64,000 nt of DNA from an uncultured bacterium (GTDB lineage Bacteria > Eisenbacteria > RBG-16-71-46 > CAIMUX01 > WJJG01). Positions 56,748-64,000 of the stretch are shown piece by piece (position 1 is the stretch's first letter; each line of letters opens with the position of its first letter). Below the pieces are notes generated by a model. The model was not told the origin of the DNA and searched no databases. It saw nothing but the letters and a program-made list of their open reading frames with translations. Both the position numbers and the translations under genes were made by a program. The stretch covers positions 3,291 through 67,290 of the forward strand of contig CAZRWW010000020.1 in the NCBI GenBank assembly GCA_964603725.1, in the 5' to 3' direction.

Positions 56748-57230
56748 ACATCGCCGCGAGGACGTTGGCCCCGGATGACATCCCCGCGAACAGGGCTTCC
56801 TCGCGGGCGAGGCGTCTCGTCATGTCTTTGGCTTCTTCGGTTCCGACCGGGAAAACCTCGCCCACGAACGCCGGTTCCCAGAGCGGAGGTGTGTTGCCGA
56901 TGCCGACGCCCTCGATCTTGTGAGGCCCGGCCGAGCCCCCGGACAACACCGCGGACTCCGCGGGCTCCACCACGACGATCCTGACACCCGGCTTGAGCCG
57001 CTTCAGCACCGTGGCGACCCCGCGCGACGAGGCAGCCGTGCCCACGCAGTGCACGAAGGCGTTGGAGGTGACGATCCGGATCCGGTATCCCCGGGCGGCG
57101 CAAACGAGCGCCAGCGATGCGCCCGTGCCGCCACCCGTGTATTCGACGACGGTGTCTCCGGGCCTCAGCCGGCCGTCTTGCTCGGCCCGTGAGACCACCG
57201 CCAGCGCCATGCGACTCAAGGTGCCGCGTC
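56748..57230 (-). pseudogene. cysK: Cysteine synthase-family (PLP) pseudogene
   Basis: GRLRPGDTVVEYTGGGTG...SNAF|VHCVGT...HKIEGVGIG...EEALFAGMSSGANV. The central part and the PLP-Lys N-terminus are missing. Confidence 0.78.
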
Positions 57231-57875
57231 CGTCTGTCCGGCCAGAATCACCATCTCGCGGCACCCGTGCCAGAACACCGATTGCCGCACGACCGCCGCT
57301 CCCAGCCGCGGATCAGTCAGGATGCCACTGATCCCTCCGGCCGCGAGATAATCCGCAAAGGGACGATAGTGCTCTCGCCCACCCGATGCCTCCACGACTC
57401 GGAGCGCGATACCGTGTAGATTCCTGGGAAGAGGCACGAGTGAATCGACGGCCACGACCAGGCGAGCGACTCGCAAGGCCTCTTTGAGGACCGCGATCTG
57501 CTTCTCCCTGGGCACTTCGTGCAGGAGGAAGAGGATCGTGGCGTAGTCGAAGACGCTCGGCTCCAGGCCGGTCAAGTTCGCCGCGTCGCAATGATAGAGC
57601 CGCACGGTGTCGTGTCGATTGCGCTTCCGGGCGAAGTCGATCATTCGCCTCGACAGATCAACCCCCACAACCCTACAGCCCTTCTCCGCTGCCAGCGCGA
57701 AGCACAGCTCGCCCGTGCCACAGGCGATGTCCACGACCGTGGCGCCCGGGGGCACGAGGTCGACGACAACCCGGCGAGCCTCCGCGAGCGGCGGATCAAA
57801 CAACGCGTGGTAGACGCGTCCGTATGTGGGTCGGCTCGTATCCGTGACGACACACCTGCGCGGGCTCACCCTCAA
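57216..57875 (-). CDS. Class I SAM-dependent methyltransferase
   Basis: VVDIACGTG, VGVDLS, CDA and FLLHE motifs; start uncertain. Confidence 0.85.
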   Translation of the reverse strand: MRVSPRRCVVTDTSRPTYGRVYHALFDPPLAEARRVVVDLVPPGATVVDIACGTGELCFALAAEKGCRVVGVDLSRRMIDFARKRNRHDTVRLYHCDAANLTGLEPSVFDYATILFLLHEVPREKQIAVLKEALRVARLVVAVDSLVPLPRNLHGIALRVVEASGGREHYRPFADYLAAGGISGILTDPRLGAAVVRQSVFWHGCREMVILAGQTDAAP

Positions 57876-57888
57876 CGGCGGTCCCGGC

Positions 57889-58635
57889 TTACCCGCCCAG
57901 CTCCTTCAGTCTCGCGCGGCAGCTCCATTCCCGGCACCGCGCGCAAAACGGATAGTCATTCGCGAACCTGTGGATCGCGGCGGGGCCGGCGATCAGCACG
58001 CCGCTCACCGACTTGATCGGCCGCATCAAGCAGCTCTCGCTGAGCGTGATCCCGACCGCTTCCGGTTGGAGCGCCCGAAACAGCGCCCGCTGCCCGCTGA
58101 CGTTCCATCCGCAGTAGCCGGGGCTGTAGCGCAGGGCCCGCAATTCGCCGCCCGCCGCGCCCATCGCGGCCTCCCACCGCTCCTGCACCACGCCCGCCGC
58201 CCGCTCCGCTCCCTCCGACGCCGTCGCGTCCAGCACCGCGCCGAGCGGATACTCCCCCGCCTGGAACAGCTCCCCGATCCGCGTGGTCACCGCCTCGCCG
58301 GCGGTCACCGCGAAGAGCGCGAGCCGCTCCGCGCGCGGGAAGATCTCCTCGAGCGGCGTTTCGGGCTCGTTCCCGCCCTCGCCGCGGTAGACGCCGGCGA
58401 ACTCCTCGCGCGTCACATCGCGCCACAGGCCCGCCGGCTGCGCCAGCTCCAGAAACAGCGCGCCGGCGGCCGCCAGCAATCGGGATAGCCGCTCATCGGG
58501 CGCTGGCGTCGCGCCCCCCGCGGTCCGCGCCGAGTCCGGCGCCCGGCCCGCATCCGGGGGCCGGCCCAGCGCCCGCAGCACGTCCTCCGCGCTGGGAATG
58601 ATCGCTTCGGCCGCGATGGGGACGATCTCGCTCAC
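57889..58635 (-). CDS. Stand-alone MetH SAM-dependent reactivation domain protein
   Basis: FAVTAG, RYSPGYCGW...GQRALF...GITLSESCLMRPIKSVSG and C-terminal CxxCxxxxC; GTG overlaps the MttB stop (GTGA). Confidence 0.88.
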   Translation of the reverse strand: MSEIVPIAAEAIIPSAEDVLRALGRPPDAGRAPDSARTAGGATPAPDERLSRLLAAAGALFLELAQPAGLWRDVTREEFAGVYRGEGGNEPETPLEEIFPRAERLALFAVTAGEAVTTRIGELFQAGEYPLGAVLDATASEGAERAAGVVQERWEAAMGAAGGELRALRYSPGYCGWNVSGQRALFRALQPEAVGITLSESCLMRPIKSVSGVLIAGPAAIHRFANDYPFCARCREWSCRARLKELGG

Positions 58636-60092
58636 GCCTCCCGCTCCGGCAGCGGCTCGAGACCGTACTTGCGCGCCTCCCGCGCCATGACCTCCTCGAT
58701 CCCTGCCCGCACCGCTGACCCCAGCCGCGGCGGCTCCCAGGCGTCCAGCATCCGCGCCACCTCGGAGTGCGCCCGCGCCCGCAGCGTGCTGCTGCCCTCG
58801 GCCTCCCAGCGCGCGCGATTGGCACGTTCGATGACGGGCCCGGGGTAGTAGTGCTCGGTCTTCAGGTGCTTGCGCGTGTGCTTCGAGATCAGCAGGTGCC
58901 CCTCGGCCAGCATCTCCTCGAAGCGCGGCAGCGCGGGGAAGTCCTCGCGCGGCGTGATCCCGCGAGCAATCCGCTGCGTCATCCCGACGATCTCGTTGTC
59001 GACGACCAACTTCTCCAGGCTTATACAGCTCTCGAAGTCGAGCATCCCCGGGCCCGATACGCTGTTGATGCCGGAGAGGACCGCCAGAGTCGCGCCCATC
59101 GACGACTCGAGCCCCGCCTGCGCGTCGAGCTGCTTGGCGTCGCTCAGCGAGATGTACGCCTGGGTGGGGAGACCCAGGTGCTTGCCGATCTCGTTGTAGG
59201 CGCAGTCGATCATCATCGTCTCGGCGGCGCCCATGGGGGTCGTCTCGAAGCGGATGTCGAACGCCGCGGGCGAGCCGCCGTAGAGCACGGGACACCCCGG
59301 CCGGGCGAGCTGACTCATGACGAGGCCGCTCAGTGTCTCGGCCGTATGCTGCACGAGCGAGCCGACCAGCGTGACCGGGCCGATAAAGCCGGCCAGCGGC
59401 ATCGAGATGTACTCGACCGGGATCCCGGCGCGCGCGCAGTCGAGCAGATTCTGCGACGTCACCTCGCTCCACTTGAGCGGCGCCGTGGGGCAAACCGAGA
59501 AGATCGTGAGCGGCTTGGCTTTGAGCTCGGCTTCCGTGCCGCGCACCGCGACCTGCAGCGACTTCATCGTCTCGAACGACGGGATGGTGAAGGCGCCGGT
59601 GACAATGGGCTTCTCGCAGTGGAGAAGGCTCAGGTAGAGCCGGTAGCTGTCCTGCATCGGCTCGGGCACGTCGAAAGCGATGAAGGCCGTGCTCTGCGCG
59701 GGAATGTGATCCAGCTGGCTGACGAGCTTCGCGTAGCGCACGTAGTCGACCGTGTGCGGGGCGCGCATCTGACCTGTGTGATGGTCGAGCACCGTGATCC
59801 CACAGGAACCCGGCGTGAAGTAGACATTGTCGCCCTGGAAGTCGTGGGTCTCCTGTCCGAGCACGTCGTACAACTTGAACGAGCGGGGCGCGGCGGCGAT
59901 CGCCCGATCGATGAGCGCACCGGGGAAGCGCACGCGGCGCGTCGCCTCGTCGACCTGCGCGCCGTGGTCGGCCAGGAGCGCCCGGGCGCGCTCGTTCTGG
60001 ATCTCGCACCCCAGGCGGTGCAAAACGTCGCGCGCTTCGTCCAGGATCCGGGTGATCAGCTCGTCGTCCAGAAAGCGCAGCTTGGGTCTCAC
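58632..60092 (-). CDS. mttB: Trimethylamine methyltransferase (MttB) superfamily protein, non-pyrrolysine
   Basis: PLKWSEV, PVTLVGSLVQHTAETLSGL, DAKQLDAQAGLES and GPGMLDFESCISLEKLVVDNE motifs; no in-frame TAG; GAGGAG RBS. Confidence 0.93.
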   Translation of the reverse strand: MRPKLRFLDDELITRILDEARDVLHRLGCEIQNERARALLADHGAQVDEATRRVRFPGALIDRAIAAAPRSFKLYDVLGQETHDFQGDNVYFTPGSCGITVLDHHTGQMRAPHTVDYVRYAKLVSQLDHIPAQSTAFIAFDVPEPMQDSYRLYLSLLHCEKPIVTGAFTIPSFETMKSLQVAVRGTEAELKAKPLTIFSVCPTAPLKWSEVTSQNLLDCARAGIPVEYISMPLAGFIGPVTLVGSLVQHTAETLSGLVMSQLARPGCPVLYGGSPAAFDIRFETTPMGAAETMMIDCAYNEIGKHLGLPTQAYISLSDAKQLDAQAGLESSMGATLAVLSGINSVSGPGMLDFESCISLEKLVVDNEIVGMTQRIARGITPREDFPALPRFEEMLAEGHLLISKHTRKHLKTEHYYPGPVIERANRARWEAEGSSTLRARAHSEVARMLDAWEPPRLGSAVRAGIEEVMAREARKYGLEPLPEREA

Positions 60093-60302
60093 GTCTCCTC
60101 CCCTTCTGTCGCTGGCCACCCCAGGGCCCCAGCACGCGCACGGCGGGACCGGCCCCGGGCTTCAAGCCCAGGAGCCTACCATCCCCAGCCCCCGCCGCGC
60201 TATCCGGCCCGCCCTCCGGCCGATAGCCGGCCGCACGCCGCGGCTCGCCCGGCCGCGGGCGGCCCGACCGTCCGCCCGAACGGCCGCCCGACCGGCCGCC
60301 CA

Positions 60303-60378
60303 GCCTCGCACCGTGCGCCCACCCTCGCACCCCGCGCCCGCCCTCGCACCCCGCGCCCACCCTCGCACCCTGCGCCCG
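60303..60378. repeat. Intergenic 19-bp tandem repeat x4, with a 12-bp x3 repeat at 60264-60299
   Basis: CCCTCGCACCCCGCGCCC(A/G) units at 60303, 60322, 60341 and 60360. Confidence 0.9.
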
Positions 60379-60507
60379 ACCGCTGCCTGAGTCCGCTCGC
60401 ACCTGGGATCTGCTCAAGGCCCCGGCCTCAAGCTCCGACCATTCATACAGAGGCCCGGTCACCACCTGGGCGACCACCCGGGCCCGATCGAGCCCGGCGG
60501 TCTCTGT

Positions 60508-60615
60508 GTGACCGGCCGCGACCACGGCCTCCACTGGCCCGTCATGACCGGCCGCGGCCATGGCCTCGGCGGCCTCGCCGTGACCGGCAGCGACCGCGGC
60601 TCCAGCGGCGCTGGC
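60508..60615. repeat. Intergenic 36-bp degenerate tandem repeat x3
   Basis: (G/A)TGACCGGC(C/A)GCG at 60508, 60544 and 60580. Confidence 0.8.
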
Positions 60616-60637
60616 AGCAGGCAGGAGAGCAAAGATC

Positions 60638-61987
60638 ATGAACCCTGAGACCCCTCAGCGCGACCCTGGGCAGCCGAAGGTCCACCCCCCGGCAGAGAAT
60701 CCGTTTGGACTGCCTCGCGCGCAGGCGGCCCGGCCTCCCATCCAGGACGTCGACGAGCTGAAGGCCTCGTGCTCGCTGCCCGGTCCGCTCTTCCGCGTGC
60801 TCAACGCCTTGTCCGATGATCGCGGGACGAAGTTCACCGTGGCCCGCGCGCTCGAAGAGGACCCCGATCTGGCCGAGCGCGTGCTCAAGGCCGCCAACAG
60901 CCCGGTCTACCTGACCTACGAGGATCACATCGGCGAGGCGGGCGCGGGCATCACGAACTTGCCCACCGCGGTGCTGCGCATCGGCCTGTCGGCGGTGCGG
61001 AACCTGGCCTACACGCAGGGCGTCTGCCAGCTCGCCGGCGACGGCGGCAACCTGGGCCTGGGCGTGCTTGCCCACCTGCTGGTCGTAGCCGAAATCGGCT
61101 GGGCGCTGGGCAACCGCGTCAGTCGCCCGTACGCCGAGGACGCCTATCTGGCCGGCCTGCTGCACGACTTCGGGAAGATAGTCCTGCTCAAGACGCTGCC
61201 CGAGGACTATGCCGCCATCGCCGCCTGGTGCCGCCAGCATCATCGGCCGACGCGCGAGGTCGAGGTCGAGTGCTTCGGCCAGCGCCAGCCGTTCCTGCTC
61301 GATCACGTCAAGACCGGCTCGGAGCTGATGCGGGCGCATTACATCCCCGAGCAGGTTCTGTTCACGGTGGAGCACCATCACGATCCCCACATCCTGGAGC
61401 TTCACGGGCGCAACCCGCGGCATCTCACCGCCACCGTGATCGTCGCCAATCAGATTGCCCACGCCTTCGGGCTGGGAGACGGATTCGGCGCGCCCGGCGC
61501 CGACTACCTGACGGCCGAGACGCTGGCGGAGTTGATCGGCAGGGAGCCGGAGTGGCTGCGGACGCTGGCGAAGGAGGCCTTCGAGCGCGGGCACGAGGCC
61601 GTCCGGGACTTGCCCCGGCGCGAGGCGCCGGCCGCCCTCGAGCTGATCCGCGGCGGTCACACTCCCGTGACCGCGGACGCCGCCGGGGAGCTGCCCCAAC
61701 CGGTGAGCCCGGACTATCGCGCCTATGAGAAGCTCATCGGCTTCGCGCGGGCGGTCACGCGATTCAGTCTCCAGGACGCCCATGCGCACACGGCCATCAA
61801 CACCACGACGCTCGAGGACCTGCTCGGGCGGCTCGAAGACAAGGGCTTCTTGAAGCGCGACCGGCGGCACACCTACGTGCAGGTCTATCGGGCACTGCCG
61901 CCCTTGCAGCGATCGTCGGTGCAGGAGATCCTCTCGACCATGGCGGTCGACGGCTGGCGCCGCCCTGGCCGCCCGCGCGCCGCCTGA
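60638..61987 (+). CDS. HDOD-domain protein with a possible C-terminal winged-helix
   Basis: DPDLAERVLKAANSP, AVLRIG, AGLLHDFGKIVL and HH motifs; CAGGAG RBS. Confidence 0.88.
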   Translation: MNPETPQRDPGQPKVHPPAENPFGLPRAQAARPPIQDVDELKASCSLPGPLFRVLNALSDDRGTKFTVARALEEDPDLAERVLKAANSPVYLTYEDHIGEAGAGITNLPTAVLRIGLSAVRNLAYTQGVCQLAGDGGNLGLGVLAHLLVVAEIGWALGNRVSRPYAEDAYLAGLLHDFGKIVLLKTLPEDYAAIAAWCRQHHRPTREVEVECFGQRQPFLLDHVKTGSELMRAHYIPEQVLFTVEHHHDPHILELHGRNPRHLTATVIVANQIAHAFGLGDGFGAPGADYLTAETLAELIGREPEWLRTLAKEAFERGHEAVRDLPRREAPAALELIRGGHTPVTADAAGELPQPVSPDYRAYEKLIGFARAVTRFSLQDAHAHTAINTTTLEDLLGRLEDKGFLKRDRRHTYVQVYRALPPLQRSSVQEILSTMAVDGWRRPGRPRAA

Positions 61988-62015
61988 TGTTGATCATCCC
62001 GGCACTCGGATGATC

Positions 62016-62045
62016 TTGGGCCCGCCCATCTGGCCCCCGTATAAT
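62016..62045 (+). promoter_or_regulatory. Candidate sigma70 promoter TTGGGC-N18-TATAAT
   Basis: Perfect -10 box about 55 bp before ATG 62098. Confidence 0.5.
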
Positions 62046-62097
62046 CACAGGCGCAAGTAGGCAGCCTTGGCTTCGGGCATGCACCACGGGGGACTCG

Positions 62098-64000
62098 ATG
62101 TCCGGCAAGAAACTCATCCTGCTCAGCCTGCTGTTCTCGACCATTCTGCTCGGCCCGCCTGGCTCGATCGCGCGCGGCGCGGAAACGTCGCTCTCGGGGC
62201 CCACGCCGCTCCCGGCGCCGATCCCTGAGCGGGCAGCGCCGCTCGAGCGCGCGGCCGTGCTCGAGCGCGCGGCCGTGCTCGAGCGCGCGGCGGTGCTCGA
62301 GCGGGCGGCGGTGCTCGAGCGCGCGGCGGTGCACGAGCGGGCGGCGGTGCTCGAGCGGGCCCCCGCGCCGACGCGATGGATGGCGCCTCCCGGCGTCGAG
62401 CGCGCGCCGCACCAGCCGTGGCAGGCCAGCGGTCCCTTCGCCATCAGCGAGCTTCGGTCCTGGCCGGCCGAGGGCGCCCGCGAGCAGGGCCGCGTTGCCA
62501 TCGTCGTGGAAGCCGTGCTCGAGCCGGTGATCGGACCGGCGGTGACGCAGTACGGCGCCGACCTGGCCGCCAGGGGCTACGGGCCGATCATCTCGGTCGT
62601 GAGCGGCGGCACGCCCGCGGACCTGCGGGCCTACCTGATCCAGCTCCACACCGAGCCGGGCGGGTTGGCCGGCGCCATCTTCGTCGGCAATGTACCCTAC
62701 GCCATCTACGAGCTGGAGCAGCACTGGGACGCCGGTCCCGGCGACGGCCGCGAGTACGAGGACTTCCCGTGCGACATCTTCTTCATGGACATGAACGGCT
62801 CGTGGTTCGACGACGGCGCCGGCGGCACGGTCCCGGCCGGCAACGGCAAGTACGACCGCTGGATCGATCCGCAGCAGCGGATCGAGATCTGGGTGGGCCG
62901 GATGCGGGTCGACACGCTGAGCCAACTGGGGTCGCCGCCCGCGATTCTGAACGCCTACTTCGCCCGCAATCACCTCTACCGCACCGGCCAGCTCGTGTCG
63001 CCGATCCCGCCCGCGCGGGCGCTGGCCTACGTGGACGACGACTGGGGCTACATGGTGCCCGGAACCGGCGGCGACGCGTGGTGCCTGGGGCAGGTCTACG
63101 CGGATGTGACCAGCGTCTATGACGTCGGCAGCAGTCCCGGCAACAACGCGACCTCCCAGAACTACCGCGCGGAGCACCTGCCGGCCAACTACCAGATGAT
63201 CCACGTGCGCTCTCATGGAAGTCCCCCGGCGCACGGCTTCTACGAGAACTACGGGGGCAGCTTCAACTGGGTCTACGGCACGCAGTACTTGAGCATCGAT
63301 CCCCCCGCGCAGTTCTTCTCGATGTTCATCTGCTCGGGGTGCGACTACACGGCGCAATACGGGCAGTACACGAGCTACCTCGGCGGGGTGGCCGCCTTCA
63401 ACGAGCACGCGGGACTCGCCGCCTGGGGCTCGACCAAGACCGGCGGCATGTGGAACGACGCCGACTTCTACTCGGTCCTGGGGCAGGGCCGGTGCCTGGG
63501 CGCCGCGTTCGTTCAGTGGTTCAACGCCTGCCACGCGGCCTGGCCGCAGTATGCCCCGCAGTGGTGGTACGGGATGGTCCTGATCGGCGATGCGGCTCTC
63601 GTGCCCAACGGCGACTACTTCGCCCCCGCGGCCCCGACCGGGCTCACTGCGGTGGCTGAGACCGACGGCGTCGCCCTGAGCTGGAACGCCAATACCGAGC
63701 CCGACCTGGATCGCTATCACCTCTACCGCGCCGATGGCCTGCAGCCAAGCGAGTGGATCGCGGCGGTCGACGCCCCCGGCACGACCTACTGGGACACCGA
63801 TCTGCTCGGCGGTCACACCTACACGTACTGGCTGACGGCCGTGGATCACCTCGACAATGAGAGCGCACTCTCGGAGCCCGATAGCGTAACCTTCGGGGTC
63901 TTCTCTGCGGCAGAGCCCCCTGCGGCGGTCGCGGCCGCGATGCTCACGGCCCGTCCGAGCCCGTTTCACGCCGAGACGACGTTCATCATGACGCTGTCCC
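62098..64000 (+). CDS. Secreted peptidase C25 (gingipain-like) with FN3 domain, 3' end runs off the window
   Basis: Manual translation (absent from the ORF track): MSGKKLILLSLL..., FPCDIFFMD, EIWVGRM, HVRSHG, FICSGCDY, IGDA, then FN3-like PAAPTGLTA...LSWNAN. Confidence 0.78.
   Translation, partial: MSGKKLILLSLLFSTILLGPPGSIARGAETSLSGPTPLPAPIPERAAPLERAAVLERAAVLERAAVLERAAVLERAAVHERAAVLERAPAPTRWMAPPGVERAPHQPWQASGPFAISELRSWPAEGAREQGRVAIVVEAVLEPVIGPAVTQYGADLAARGYGPIISVVSGGTPADLRAYLIQLHTEPGGLAGAIFVGNVPYAIYELEQHWDAGPGDGREYEDFPCDIFFMDMNGSWFDDGAGGTVPAGNGKYDRWIDPQQRIEIWVGRMRVDTLSQLGSPPAILNAYFARNHLYRTGQLVSPIPPARALAYVDDDWGYMVPGTGGDAWCLGQVYADVTSVYDVGSSPGNNATSQNYRAEHLPANYQMIHVRSHGSPPAHGFYENYGGSFNWVYGTQYLSIDPPAQFFSMFICSGCDYTAQYGQYTSYLGGVAAFNEHAGLAAWGSTKTGGMWNDADFYSVLGQGRCLGAAFVQWFNACHAAWPQYAPQWWYGMVLIGDAALVPNGDYFAPAAPTGLTAVAETDGVALSWNANTEPDLDRYHLYRADGLQPSEWIAAVDAPGTTYWDTDLLGGHTYTYWLTAVDHLDNESALSEPDSVTFGVFSAAEPPAAVAAAMLTARPSPFHAETTFIMTLS
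62227..62361 (+). repeat. In-frame 18-bp tandem repeat x7 encoding ERAAVL
   Basis: GAGCG(C/G)GCGGC(C/G)GTGCTC units just after the signal peptide. Confidence 0.95.

Noticed and set aside
58632-60092. Pyrrolysine recoding in MttB
   Set aside because: There is no in-frame TAG; the equivalent codon is TCG.
60264-60615. Repeat arrays (also 9791-9878) considered as CRISPR
   Set aside because: Units are contiguous with no unique spacers, and there are no cas genes.
57889-60639. 916-aa ORF spanning mttB in another frame
   Set aside because: Only the last 248 codons are protein-like (reactivation domain); the rest is an Arg/Ala/Gly-rich alternate frame typical of high GC.

Overview
A very GC-rich bacterial window. 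Many secreted proteins end in FlgD-Ig/T9SS-like tails and one ends in a TWGAIK motif; by inference this suggests a candidate FCB-related lineage such as Ca. Eisenbacteria or Krumholzibacteriota. Recognisable content: a ribose-type sugar ABC operon, cydAB, a polar amino-acid ABC operon, mnmA, an OPT transporter with mtnN, msrC, pilT, hemerythrin, chrA and about 8 tail-bearing secreted proteins (PQQ-propeller/metalloprotease, PPAD-like deiminase, four beta-helix paralogs, FG-GAP, gingipain-like C25). Decay is widespread: IS630 and rve-integrase remnants, and pseudogenes of a cysteine synthase, a nucleotidyltransferase and a flavodoxin-like protein. The best system candidate is a fully split, folate-module-free B12 methionine synthase: non-pyrrolysine MttB, a stand-alone MetH reactivation domain, a corrinoid protein and a homocysteine methyltransferase (49.7-60.1 kb). 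Other leads are a DUF4388-fused PilT-like pseudo-ATPase, a ~72-bp inverted repeat pair around a 4.2-kb accessory block, a 24-bp direct repeat around a lower-GC gene, a (CAGA)n tract in a signal peptide, and duplicated translation-start regions. No CRISPR array, rRNA or tRNA was found. All family calls come from motif recognition by eye; no searches were run.
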